Assembly: GCA_965153355.1 (NCBI GenBank)
Contig: OZ231126.1
Span: forward strand, 26,536,001-26,600,000
Direction of reading: 5' to 3'
From: Flaccisagitta enflata
Lineage: Eukaryota
Length of the DNA: 64,000 bases
Numbering within the stretch: position 1 is the first letter of the stretch; each line of letters begins with the position of its first letter. Below are positions 52,403-64,000 of this stretch, in pieces. The position numbers and the translations under genes are program-made. Under the pieces are notes generated by a model. The model saw nothing but the letters and a program-made list of their open reading frames with translations. It did no database searches and was not told the DNA's origin.

Positions 52403-53223
52403 ACAATAAACTTCAGCAGCTACAACAACAACCAGAAATAGCAACAGCAACAACGATACCAACAACAACCTTAAACAATATCACAATGAGAGACGCGCTA
52501 CGACGAAGAAATATTTTCCATCCTTCGGTCGATTAAACGTGTCATTTTGTTCGTGGCTTTGATTTAGTTCCGCCGACTGCCGCCGCCGCCTCCGCCGGCG
52601 CTGCCGTCGCTTTCGAGTAAACGCCCCCTTTTTCGCGTTGATCCAGTGCCAAAATGAAAAATACTTTCCTCCCAAACGCGAGAGAAAGAGAGTGTATCTA
52701 GCCAGTTATCTTTTTTTTTCTTTGAAGAACGCGCGTGCCAAAAAGATTATGGCTTCTTTATTCTTTTTAATTCTGTTGGCATGGTGAGATAGAGTGGAAC
52801 TAGAGTAGGAGATGAAAGGGAATGTGGTAAAAAATTCGGTTACTAGTCGCTTGCAAAGCGACTCTGTGTCCGTAGGTAGGAAGGTAGGTAAAAAAAGGAT
52901 AGAAATTTCGGATTAAGCGAATTTTGCGTAGATAATGATTTCAAAGCATAACGGCCCCTGCCCAGCCACCTCACAGCCTCCGCCGGCCACCCACATGCTA
53001 CACCTGTCCAATTGCATAACAGCCCCTGCTCACTCACATCGCTGCCCCTGCCCACCCGCAAGACGACTAATTGGCTTTTTGGCTATTTCAAGTATTTGGC
53101 CTTGTATCTGAATTGTTTACAAGATTAGACTGAGACTCAGTGAGCGATGTCCACTGCTAGGACGTCCGATCAAGCAGATATCCGATACACAATTGTCAAC
53201 TCACAAACACACACATGCACACA

Positions 53224-53296
<73 letters not shown>

Positions 53297-53562
53297 TCTT
53301 TGTCTCAATGAGTAGCAATAACTATGATTGAAAAAAGAAAGTGAAGTTCACGCAACTCTATGAGAGGCTTTGTCGGTCCGTCGGTCTGTCCGTCAGTCCG
53401 TCACGCTCTAGTTGAAAACACGAAAAACGCGCATTTTTGATGCTGCAGTTGTTATTGTGTGTGTGTGTAGGTGTATGAGTGAGTGGCGGGGGTGGTTGGG
53501 GTTAGGGTGAAGCTGGGGGTTGGATGCCCCTGCCCATCCCCTAATGTGACCCCGCGTCACTG

Positions 53563-53830
53563 TTTTTAGATGCGTCCGTCAGGGACACAACTCTATAAGA
53601 GGGTCTGTCCGTCCGGCCGTCGGTCCGGCCGTCGGTCGGTCGGTCCGTCCGTCCGTCCGTCCGTCGGTCTGATACGCCTGTGCAAAAACCGCGTTTCACT
53701 GAAACAAATGATCAACCAACAATGTCTTTTCACCCGCCTGTTCGTCCATCTGTCTCTCCATACATATGTCACATGATCAATACATGCTGAGACACAGCCC
53801 GGACGCATCGTTGCCTGGTCGGGCTTGTTT
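53563..53830 (+). mobile_element. HINE-like group A copy (GATGCGTCC subtype)
   Basis: TTTTTAGATGCGTCC...(GTCG/GTCC)n...GGACGCATC subTIR...GGGCTTGTT. Related ends at ~27500-27755(-) and ~41190-41220(-). Confidence 0.78.
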
Positions 53831-54036
53831 TCTAGCTATAGGCGCGGCTTTTATCCATCACTGGCGTAAAGTAAACGAGGCTAAAGCTGTTCACGTTTTT
53901 CGAAGAAAAGAAATTACGTGTTGATAGTGGAAAGGAAAAAACTAGGTCAATGTCCTGCTAAAACAAGCTTTCCTCCTGTTTTTTTCTCTCCTCCTATTCT
54001 GCCCTTTGGCTCCCACTCTACCTGATTACGAATCAC

Positions 54037-54090
54037 CTGCTTTGTGTTTGAAGCTCGTTCATCTGTCCGTCATGGTCCAGATAATTGTCA
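54037..54090 (-). CDS. Candidate 54-nt internal exon (DNYLDHDGQMNELQTQS), identical copy at 56295-56348
   Basis: Acceptor tgtttcgtttTAG, donor AG|GTGATT, length a multiple of 3, open frame. No homology recognised. Confidence 0.35.
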
Positions 54091-54264
54091 CTAAAACGAA
54101 ACACTTCTCCATCTTCTTCTTGAGACATAACGAGCTCATAAAAGGGCGTTTGTACCCACTCCGACAATCCACCGGCCACCACCCCAACACCATCTCTATA
54201 GCTACTTGTTTTTATCCATAAAAAAAACATAAGAAAGCGTGCACTTACTTAGTCCAATCTTGTA

Positions 54265-54549
54265 CCACGCGGATCAAAAATATGACGCACTTTTAAATGG
54301 TTAATTTAGCCAATAAATCGCCTATTTCAGCTTTTTAATCCCTATAAAAAAAACATTTTAGTAAAACAGTCCTTCTCTTTGTAGAGCTCTAGCTCCTAAA
54401 CCATTTAAGATACAGACTTGGGATTGATCTAGAATAAGAGATTTTTTAAAAATCTTTGAAAATGTCTTTCTTGAAAATAGCTAAGATTATTTTTTATATC
54501 TGTTTCATCAATTGATAGATAGGTGCGTCTTTTTATTTGATCCAAGTGG
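54265..54549. mobile_element. TA-flanked MITE (duplicated at 56523-56806)
   Basis: TA|CCACGCGGATCAAAAATATGACGCAC...GTGCGTCTTTTTATTTGATCCAAGTGG|TA. Confidence 0.8.
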
Positions 54550-55397
54550 TACAATCAAACTCCCGAGTCATTTTCCTTTTCGCTATCGCTCACTTTTCCG
54601 TCTTTTCTTTTCATTCCCCCTATCTTGAGTCTTGAGTCCTTTCTCCTTTCGGACTTTGCTCCAGTCTCCATGAACACTTGAGCTTCAATCGAGAGCAAGC
54701 CAAGGGACCAGACAAAACTATGCCTTGTAATGAAGCTGTCTTTTTACCAATAAAGAAATATCTGATGGGAAATCAGTTACCACCAGTGTACGCCTTAACA
54801 GCGGATGCGCTACATCGGTGCTCTTTTTATTTGCAGTAAATTTGATTCTGCCAGTTCCCCTTACCTATTTCAATACTGTTCTTTCTTTCCTTCCGTAATT
54901 TCCTATCCTGTCCTTCCTGTCTCGTTTCCTTTTCCATTCATACATTTCCTCTCACTTTTATCTTCTTCCTCTTCCCTCCCTTCCCCCTCCCATCAACTCT
55001 CCAATCAGTCTCCCTCATTTCACCTTTGTAAACTTTTCTTCATTCTTCTTCCATCCGCGTTTTCATTCATCCATTATCAGCTGAAGCAACGTCACCTTTT
55101 CAACCTCATTTCTCCCACAACACGGTCAAAGCATCTCCTCCTCCTCCTCCTCCTCCTCCTCCTCCTCCTCCGCCTAAGATTCCCTTTCTTCCTTTCCATC
55201 TGAAGAGAGAAGCGTGACGTCGTCGTCCAACTTTCTTTGACATGTTCTCTGGACCGTCAGACACTTCCTGTCATTCTAACGCTCACACAGCGTCTCTTTG
55301 GACTGTTAGACACTTCCTGTCATTTCATAATCATATAGCATCCCTTCCGACTGTAAGATACTTCTTGTCATCATTTACACACTCACTCGGCAGTCTA

Positions 55398-55954
55398 CAC
55401 CGTCTTCGGATCGGACTGTAAAATGCAAAACCTTTATAGCTCCTAAACCACTAGGAAAAAAATCATGAAATTTTCAGTGAATATTGGTAACATGTGACGG
55501 TTTTTGCATGTCAAAGCTCAGATCATAGTATAGAAAAGGTGAGGGGAAAACAAAATATTGAAAGAACATCCATTTTTTAAGCAAAATTGCTTTCTTTACG
55601 CATTTTTTTTCCGAAGGTGCTGTTTTTTTCTCAGAACATGCAGCAAATAGATAATACATAAGTAAACATCTGTCATCAAAAATAAATCCTAGAGTTTTTG
55701 TTGAAATGCAAAGCAATTTCAAGCAGATAAAGACAACTCCTTCCAAGGAAAATGGGAAAAAATTGATCTTAATTAAAAGATGGGTTTTCTTTCAGTATTT
55801 CTTTATCCCTCACCTTTTCTAAACTATGATCTGAGCTTTGACATGCAAAAACCGTCACATGTTACCAATAATCCCTGAAAATTTCATGATTTTTTCCCTA
55901 GTGGTTTAGGAGCTATAAAGGTTTTGCATTTTACAGTCCGATCCGAAGACGGTG
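55398..55954. mobile_element. Tc1/mariner-type MITE with ~145-bp near-perfect TIRs, copy 1
   Basis: TA|CACCGTCTTCGGATCGGACTGTAAAATGC...GCATTTTACAGTCCGATCCGAAGACGGTG|TA. Confidence 0.92.
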
Positions 55955-57642
55955 TATTTCCAAGCAACTGCTAACCAAAAGTAAGGGCAAACGATTGTCA
56001 ACTGTGTAACAATATTTCAACAAATATCCCGAGGTTTTCTCGCAGTAAAAAAAGTGTGTCCTAAAAGGAGATTAGCTCTTGTCCTCTCCACTCGTCCTCT
56101 CAGCCAGTCAGTCATTTTTTGTAGTTCTGTTTGCATGTTGCAGACGAAAACGTGTATTACGTTGCAAACGAAAAAAGTGTATTTGTATTAAGGAAAAAAC
56201 TATGTCAATGTCCTGCTAAAACAAGCTTTCCTCCTGTTTTTTTCTCTCCTCCTATTCTGCCCTTTGGCTCCCACTCTACCTGATTACGAATCACCTGCTT
56301 TGTGTTTGAAGCTCGTTCATCTGTCCGTCATGGTCCAGATAATTGTCACTAAAACGAAACACTTCTCCTTCTTCTTCTTGAGACATAACAAGCTCATAAA
56401 AGGGCGTTTGTACCCACTCCGACAATCCACCGGCCACCACCCCAACACCATCTCTATAGCTATTTGTTTTTATCCATAAAAAAAACATAAGAAAGCGTGC
56501 ACTTACTTAGTCCAATCTTGTACCACGCGGATCAAAAATATGACGCACTTTTAAATGGTTAATTTAGCCAATAAATCGCCTATTTCAGCTTTTTAATCCC
56601 TATAAAAAAACATTTTAGTAAAACAGTCCTTCTCTTTGTAGAGCTCTAGCTCCTAAACCATTTAAGATACAGACTTGGGATTGATCTAGAATAAGAGATT
56701 TTTTAAAAATCTTTGAAAATGTCTTTCTTGAAAATAGCTAAGATTATTTTTTATATCTGTTTCATCAATTGATAGATAGGTGCGTCTTTTTATTTGATCC
56801 AAGTGGTACAATCAAACTCCCGAGTCATTTTCCTTTTCGCTATCGCTCACTTTTCCGTCTTTTCTTTTCATTCCCCCTATCTTGAGTCTTGAGTCCTTTC
56901 TCCTTTCGGACTTTGCTCCAGTCTCCATGAACACTTGAGCTTCAATCGAGAGCAAGCCAAGGGACCAGACAAAACTATGCCTTGTAATGAAGCTGTCTTT
57001 TTACCAATAAAGAAATATCTGATGGGAAATCAGTTACCACCAGTGTACGCCTTAACAGCGGATGCGCTACATCGGTGCTCTTTTTATTTGCAGTAAATTT
57101 GATTCTGCCAGTTCCCCTTACCTATTTCAATACTGTTCTTTCTTTCCTTCCGTAATTTCCTATCCTGTCCTTCCTGTCTCGTTTCCTTTTCCATTCATAC
57201 ATTTCCTCTCACTTTTATCTTCTTCCCCTTCCCTCCCTTCCCCCTCCCATCAACTCTCCAATCAGTCTCCCTCATTTCACCTTTGTAAACTTTTCTTCAT
57301 TCTTCTTCCATCCGCGTTTTCATTCATCCATTATCAGCTGAAGCAACGTCACCTTTTCAACCTCATTTCTCCCACAACACGGTCAAAGCATCTCCTCCTC
57401 CTCCTCCTCCTCCTCCGCCTAAGATTCCCTTTCTTCCTTTCCATCTGAAGAGAGAAGCGTGACGTCGTCGTCCAACTTTCTTTGACATGTTCTCTGGACC
57501 GTCAGACACTTCCTGTCATTCTAACGCTCACACAGCGTCTCTTTGGACTGTTAGACACTTCCTGTCATTTCATAATCATATAGCATCCCTTCCGACTGTA
57601 AGATACTTCTTGTCATCATTTACACACTCACTCGGCAGTCTA

Positions 57643-58199
57643 CACCGTCTTCGGATCGGACTGTAAAATGCAAAACCTTTATAGCTCCTAAACCACTAGG
57701 AAAAAAATCATGAAATTTTCAGTGAATATTGGTAACATGTGACGGTTTTTGCATGTCAAAGCTCAGATCATAGTATAGAAAAGGTGAGGGGAAAACAAAA
57801 TATTGAAAGAACATCCATTTTTTAAGCAAAATTGCTTTCTTTACGCATTTTTTTTCCGAAGGTGCTGTTTTTTTCTCAGAACATGCAGCAAATAGATAAT
57901 ACATAAGTAAACATCTGTCATCAAAAATAAATCCTAGAGTTTTTGTTGAAATGCAAAGCAATTTCAAGCAGATAAAGACAACTCCTTCCAAGGAAAATGG
58001 GAAAAAATTGATCTTAATTAAAAGATGGGTTTTCTTTCAGTATTTCTTTATCCCTCACCTTTTCTAAACTATGATCTGAGCTTTGACATGCAAAAACCGT
58101 CACATGTTACCAATAATCCCTGAAAATTTCATGATTTTTTCCCTAGTGGTTTAGGAGCTATAAAGGTTTTGCATTTTACAGTCCGATCCGAAGACGGTG
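57643..58199. mobile_element. Same MITE, copy 2 (created by the tandem duplication, same flanks)
   Basis: Same sequence and flanks as 55398-55954. Confidence 0.92.
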
Positions 58200-59497
58200 T
58201 ATTTCCAAGCAACTGCTAACCAAAAGTAAGGGCAAACGATTGTCAACTGTGTAACAATATTTCAACAAATATCCCGAGGTTTTCTCGCAGTAAAAAAAGT
58301 GTGTCCTAAAAGGAGATTAGCTCTTGTCCTCTCCACTCGTCCTCTCAGCCAGTCAGTCATTTTTTGTAGTTCTGTTTGCATGTTGCAGACGAAAACGTGT
58401 ATTACGTTGCAAACGAAAAAAGTGTATTTGAACTTGTTGCCTCAATGTTGACATATTATGAAAATCGTATCTTCCAATTGCTCATGGACAATGCTAACAA
58501 AATTGTGCCATATAAATAACATTAAATCATAGAAATTCCTACCAAATTATCAGAGCGCAAGTGATATTTAACCTAATACCAAGATGCCACAGGTTGATGA
58601 TGGGGATAGAATAGTAATAGCGTAAACGGCCCTTTTGCCGAATAGAGGAAGTGCGTCATCCGTGTGACGTAGAACGGTCTGAGTACGTATCTGGGACGGA
58701 TGCGCCTGCTCGTAGAACGGCCGCAGTACATCCCGGGGTGTGGTTCCGACCCACCGCACAAAGGGCAGAGAATCTTTTTTTAATGCATATAGGGGCATTA
58801 TTTTTTTCAATATTTTTTTTGCCTCCATTGTGCATCATAACCTGTTGGAGGTAGAGGAACATGATTTGACTGAATCATCCCATTCCATGTACAGCTTATT
58901 GGAAGCCAAAGCAAAGTTTCAGCTTATATTCTGATAGAGAGAAAAAAAAATCTATTCCCGCCTATTTCCGCCAAAAACTTTATACCAATTTGTAGATCTT
59001 CTCATAAAAAATCCAAATATGTAATCTTTTCTTGCAACTTTTCTGCACTTTAAGAGAAAAAGCTCATGGAAAAGTTCTTGCAAAGCAGCTCTTTCCCGAT
59101 CATTGGTGACCAACTTAAGGAAGACGCCGTTTGATATAGATCTTGGTGATAACATCACACTCACAAATTGACCAATGAGAAGCAAGGCACTACCAACCAG
59201 AGATTAGCCTCAGCTTAGGGTGATGTTTAAGGCCAGGTACTCTCTTGCTTTTGGTGCCTGTCATCGAATTTATCATCGATTTTTCACACTGTAATCACTG
59301 GTCTTTTGTTGAGAACAACAAACATGACATCTGTTGATAAATAGAAGAAGTTGTGAGGTGGGTTTCTTCAAACAATTACTTTCAAGACTAAAACGCAGAT
59401 CTGTGGCCCTCAGTGCACCGTGCGCAAGCGAAATCTGGGAAGCTGGATTATGCGCGATGGATTCCCTTCTTTTTTGGTTGCACAAATTCAATAATTT

Positions 59498-59699
59498 CTA
59501 GTCGCGTGCACGCGACTCTACAACCCGCTCTGTCCGTCTGTCGGTCCGTCGGTCTGCCGTCTGTCGGTCCGTCCATAACACTTTGCTTTTTTTGGCGTTT
59601 ACTGGCGGTTTGGGGTTACTGCTCCTGCCCTACTGCTTGGTTGGTCTATTTCATCACTGCCCCTGCCCACCCGCACGCGACCGTGTATCCGGCCTTGTT
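59498..59699 (+). mobile_element. HINE-like group A copy
   Basis: AGTCGCGTGCACGCGACTCTACAACCCGC, GTCY microsatellite, GCACGCGAC subTIR, CCGTGTATCCGGCCTTGTT end. Confidence 0.85.
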
Positions 59700-60732
59700 A
59701 ATAGGGCAAGGAGGTCTGACCGTCCATCCATCCATTCAGTCTTGTTGTTGTGTGTGTCTTCTTCTCAGCTACTTTACAACACGCGCTATCAAGACTCCTA
59801 CCAACTACGCCTCAACTTAATCACCAAGGTTTTCCATCACTTATATAGACCTCACTTTTTAGTCGCGTGCACGCTTTGTCAGTGGGTTGGTCCGTCCATT
59901 GGTCGCACTTAGCTTTTTTTCAGCGTTTATATACACACGATTTGCATCACTGCCTCTGCCCAAGTAATTGGTTAGCCTGTTACATCACTGCCCCTGCCCG
60001 CCTGCAAGCGACTTGGCTAGTAATGTATCCGACTTGGTTTTTTGCCACTGCGACAAATACCAACCAACTCCTGTTTTGCCTCAACACCGCTTCTTTTCCC
60101 TTACCACCTCAATCCAAATCCAAACCCAACCCCTTTTTCACCTCACCATTTTACCTCCATCATCCACATGACCAATCCCCCCACCCGCGTGCTCTTCTTT
60201 ACTCATCCTCTTCATTCCAGCTCAGTTTGCAGAGATTCATATTGGCATTACGACTCTGCGCTTCGACTTTTCCGCCCCTTAATCCATTTTTTTCTTTTCT
60301 TTTAACCATTTTTCTGTTTATTGTCACCTCGTCCATCTATCCTTCCAACTTTCCTTGTTAACCCTCTCTTAATAATCTTTCTCTTTTCGGGTCTTGTCAT
60401 GATTTTCGGCGATTTTGCCGTTTTTATTGTCCATTTGTTTCTTGAGTTATCCTCGATCCGAGATCTGAGACCTGAGAATGAGATCCCGAGATCTGAGACC
60501 TTTCCGGTTGACGTCGCTTTGAACCGCTCCACGACTCATCATCATCCTTCGCTTCTTAGTCGTATGCGTGACTGCGTTGCTTTGCTGCTTCAGCTGGTCG
60601 GTCCTCGCTATACTCTTCAGAGTTATGTGAAGGTGACTCCTCAAGTTGCCTGATTGATCGGTCGGTCTTTCGGTCGGTCAGTCGATAGGTCAGCCCGTCA
60701 CTCGATCAGGAAACGACTCATCACATTTCTCT

Positions 60733-60910
60733 AAACAAGGCCTGATACACGGCTACCCCAGTCGCATGCGGGTGGGCAGGGGCTGTATTTGTGGTCACTT
60801 GATCATTTGGGCAGGAGCAGTGGGCCAAAGACCGCAAAAAAACAAACCAAAAAGTGTGACGGACGGACCGACAAAGCGGGGTGTAGGGTCGCGTAGCACG
60901 CGACTAAAAA
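60733..60910 (-). mobile_element. HINE-like group A copy
   Basis: Very similar to 21691-21916 with a shorter microsatellite. Confidence 0.85.
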
Positions 60911-61495
60911 CACTGTTTATTCAGTTGAGTTGCAAATGAAGACACTAAGCGGATACATGAACAATTTGCATGCGGTAAGCGTGCACGCGTTGACCCTATG
61001 GTTGAGTGCTTATATCTGAGTAATATTATCTCAGGCATTTTTCAACGGATTTACAAAAAAATGGTGACGGTTGGAAAGATCTTGAGCAGATCTTTAAAAT
61101 GGGACCAAACTGGCATTTCTAGCTCTTTTTGTCTTAAAGATATGAACAAAACAAGATAAAAATGGGTAAATTCAATGACCTGTACCTCAGGAAAGTAAAA
61201 TTTTTTTTTTTTGGTTTTTCTCTAAATCCGGCCTTAGGATGATTTAAAGACTGGTAGATTTCCTTTTTTGTACCTACAGGCTATACAAAACAGTAATAAA
61301 ACCAGCAGTTATGTAAAAATCATCCCCAAGGTAGTAGAAATGACATGTCATTTCAATCAAAGAGATATATTGCCCAAAGTAAAACAAAATTCAAACTAGC
61401 TTTTTGCATGTTTCTTGTTTTGTTATCGTGATGATAATGATGATCATGAATCACAACCCACTCCTCCCAATCATTTTTCTTTTTTTCCTTTTCCT

Positions 61496-61735
61496 TCAAA
61501 AGTGTACCATTGAAAGCAGAATAAAGAGAAAACCCAAAATGATGTTAAATGATTTGCTTGCTTTTCCGCGGGGACCACGCACGGGGGCACCGTCTGGCTT
61601 GTGGTTGCAAAGAGGAGTGTTGCAATAGCAATTTGGCTCGTCGTCAACGTAGTATTCTATTTTACTCCACTCTGCGCCTTTGTATTTTTTACAGGAGTAT
61701 CTTCCCGGATCTTCGCGACAATGACTGTAACAACC
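61496..61735 (-). CDS. Ly6/uPAR protein, terminal exon: GCYSHCREDPGRYSCKKYKGAEWSKIEYYVDDEPNCYCNTPLCNHKPDGAPVRGPRGKASKSFNIILGFLFILLSMVHF*
   Basis: Acceptor ttttcctcattCAG, phase 0. The CYCNTPLCN motif matches the LU-domain C-terminal C-x-C-x4-CN signature and is followed by a spacer and a hydrophobic C-terminus typical of a GPI signal. TGA at 61498-61496; candidate AATAAA (minus strand) at 60921-60916. Confidence 0.9.
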   Translation of the reverse strand, partial: GCYSHCREDPGRYSCKKYKGAEWSKIEYYVDDEPNCYCNTPLCNHKPDGAPVRGPRGKASKSFNIILGFLFILLSMVHF

Positions 61736-62340
61736 CTGAATGAGGAAAACTAGAATGTATGATATCTTTTATTCGTCACAAGCAAAAGACTGTACAACAG
61801 CATGCGTTAACTATAACTAACTATGTAAGAGATAGAGAAAGAAAAAAACCATATGTAAACATGAAAGACAAAGAAATCAGTAAGACCATGGTTGAGTATA
61901 CAACTCCTTTCAGGCTTTAAAGGTTCCATGGTAAAAATTCTCAGCGATGAGAACTGCTTCAAAAAATTATGCGGGAACAAAATTTCAGTCGATGAAAGAT
62001 ATCCGAGTGAGATCTCATAAGTTGATCCATGGCTGAGATGTAAAAAAACCATAACAAATCCATATGATTCATATGATTTGTATTCGGGTTAAATTGTCTC
62101 ATCAGGCCTATTAGAGATACTTCCTGCAAAAACGGCAAGCGAGGGAGCATCTGTTTCAGGCAGATTTCTGTTTTTGGTAATGAAGGAATTTCGAATGAAT
62201 CGAAGGAAATTTAATGGGACCGAAGATTTTTGCCGATTATAGGCGGATGAAGGTTACTGTTGCACTCTGCACAGTTTTATTGTCTGAAGAACTGGAGCTG
62301 CGAATGGATTCGTCTACGGAGTCGTTTTTATGTAACTCAC

Positions 62341-62446
62341 CATTTTTTTCCCTTCGTTTGGCCAATGTGTTGAATTTTTGCATCCGCTCGCTTCATCCAC
62401 GTCTTGCCATTGACCTCCTTCCAAAATTATGCTTGTAAAGCCCTTC
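62341..62446 (-). CDS. Ly6/uPAR protein, middle exon: (W)KGFTSIILEGGQWQDVDEASGCKNSTHWPNEGKKM
   Basis: Acceptor cttattttttAAG, donor ATG|GTGAGT. 106 nt, phase 2 to 0, only one open frame, phases compatible with both neighbours. Confidence 0.87.
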
Positions 62447-62988
62447 CTTAAAAAATAAGCGGAGCCAAATGTAAACTGAACAGAATACAAGGCCAATACG
62501 CGCCCCCCCCCCCCCCGTTGTCCACCTAAACCCCTAACGACCAGGACGTATCAAATACAAACCGCCTTACACTTCCAAAATCTCAGCCTCAAAGCCCAAT
62601 TCCAGTTTTTAGGCCCAAATCCCTGGTATTACGCCTAAATTCCAGCCAAGATGCCGAAATCCCGGTCTTAAGCAAAATTCCAGCATAAAGGACCGATTCC
62701 CCGCCTTGCGGATCAAAATCCAAGTCAAGAGACCTAAATCCCAGCCCAAGAGTCCCAAATCCCAGCCCTGAGGCCAAAATACCAGCCTTAAGACCCAAAT
62801 CCGAAGCTTAAATCTTTTCCTCAATTTTTAAACCTCAAATTCCTACTCAATTCCTCAATTCTCAAATCAAACTCAGGACCCAAATTTCTCCATTTTCGTG
62901 CTAATTGTAGCTAAGATCACAGGATTTGCCATGATTCCCGAAGCCACGGCGCACCTAATTGGCCTACTTGGCCTACTTGGCGTTATTA

Positions 62989-62989
<1 letters not shown>

Positions 62990-63063
<74 letters not shown>

Positions 63064-63101
63064 CGACGACGACGACGACGACGACGACGACAACGACAAC
63101 G

Positions 63102-63171
<70 letters not shown>

Positions 63172-63283
63172 AAACAACAACTTATTTTCAGATCGCCTCA
63201 CCATTTTACAACAACAGCAGTGACGACACCGACAAAACAACACCGACTAAACAACAACAAAAACAAAACAACGACAACAACAA

Positions 63284-63375
<92 letters not shown>

Positions 63376-63407
63376 GCAACAACAACAACAACAACAACAA
63401 CAACAAC
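62990..63407. repeat. (CAA)n/(CGA)n tracts within an intron of the Ly6/uPAR gene
   Basis: Direct reading; ends ~22 nt from the donor site at 63429. Confidence 0.95.
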
Positions 63408-63429
63408 TTATAATTTTCGATAGCCTTAC

Positions 63430-63565
63430 CATTGACACAAATCTTCGTTTTCCTTGCATTCCACTATTCTGACGTCGTAATTCGGTTTCAAACCAGAAAC
63501 GCGATAGCACTTCATCTTTGGTTTTGCCGGTTCGGCCGAGCAAGCTTTACTCGTGAAGATACAAC
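63430..63565 (-). CDS. Ly6/uPAR (LU, three-finger) GPI-anchored protein, first visible coding exon: (G)CIFTSKACSAEPAKPKMKCYRVSGLKPNYDVRIVECKENEDLCQ(W)
   Basis: Manual translation. Acceptor ...gacttactAG (phase 1), donor TG|GTAAGG (phase 2). The 'MKCY' start is typical of LU domains, and the phase matches the next exon to make W (TG|G). An in-frame stop upstream with no Met implies a further upstream exon. Confidence 0.85.
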
Positions 63566-63643
63566 CTAGTAAGTCATGTATTTCAACATGTGAGTAAAAT
63601 TCGACCCTGATCTAACAACATCTTGTCCTGTAAATTTCTTTTA

Positions 63644-63868
63644 CCAGTAATGGCGGCTGTCGCCGTGAAGGAAAAAGTCGTAAGCGTTGGTCACTTTTCA
63701 CCAAACTTTGTCTTCAGTCACTGCAGATCTTTTTGTTTGTTAGATCAAATCAAGAGCAAATTTTATGTATTGATTGCATGCACTTAAAATCAGAGAAAAA
63801 TAGGACTGAGCTAAATGAGCTAGATGAGCTGAAATGCTCAAAATCAATCAAACAGACAACCAGCTATG
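63644..63868. mobile_element. Partial inverted copy of the 4828-5665 repeat, upstream of the first visible Ly6 exon
   Basis: Reverse complement matches ~5445-5665. Confidence 0.75.
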
Positions 63869-64000
63869 AAATGAAAAGAATGTAAAATTCCCATTGAAAA
63901 ACATAGGAAATTGATAAAAAAAACAAGGCCGGATACACGGCCATACCAGTTGCGGATGGGTGGGCAGGGGCAGAAATGCGCTCTTTCACACTTTTCAACT

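Larger units (their letters stand above)
53932..58430 (+). repeat. Recent head-to-tail tandem duplication of ~2.25 kb (53932-56185 and 56190-58430)
   Basis: Near-identical units and duplicated ORF-track entries. A handful of substitutions and a (CCT)n length difference; 4-nt filler TATT at the junction (56186-56189). Confidence 0.95.

Noticed and set aside
60400-60650. Unique GC-richer segment with ORFs on both strands
   Set aside because: No convincing splice-site pair or protein motif; contains a short GAGATCTGAGACCT duplication.
62898-63423. Poly-T/Q/N ORFs (mucin- or prion-like)
   Set aside because: (CAA)n microsatellite inside an intron of the opposite-strand Ly6 gene.

Overview
AT-rich, repeat-saturated eukaryotic (animal-like) genomic DNA. 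There is no prokaryotic gene organisation, CRISPR array, rRNA or tRNA that I can recognise, and almost all ORF-track entries are microsatellite or transposon artefacts. The one well-supported host gene is largely missed by the ORF track: three spliced minus-strand exons (63565-63430, 62446-62341, 61735-61496) encode a Ly6/uPAR (three-finger, quiver/sleepless-like) protein with a GPI-type tail and an atypical cysteine pattern. Its signal-peptide exon probably lies beyond the window. The rest is mostly non-autonomous mobile DNA: (i) many copies of two DINE-1/HINE-like (Helentron-associated) groups carrying exchangeable internal satellites, (ii) five unrelated elements with 8-bp target-site duplications (TSDs; hAT-type), including a 5.3-kb foldback element with three nested insertions, (iii) several TA-flanked Tc1/mariner-type MITEs, (iv) one 5'-truncated LINE, (v) a recent 2.25-kb tandem duplication and (vi) very long microsatellites. 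A few isolated minus-strand exon candidates may belong to a large-intron gene but cannot be joined from sequence alone. I found no convincing wholly new gene system; the most unusual signals are transposon architectures and the atypical LU-domain gene.
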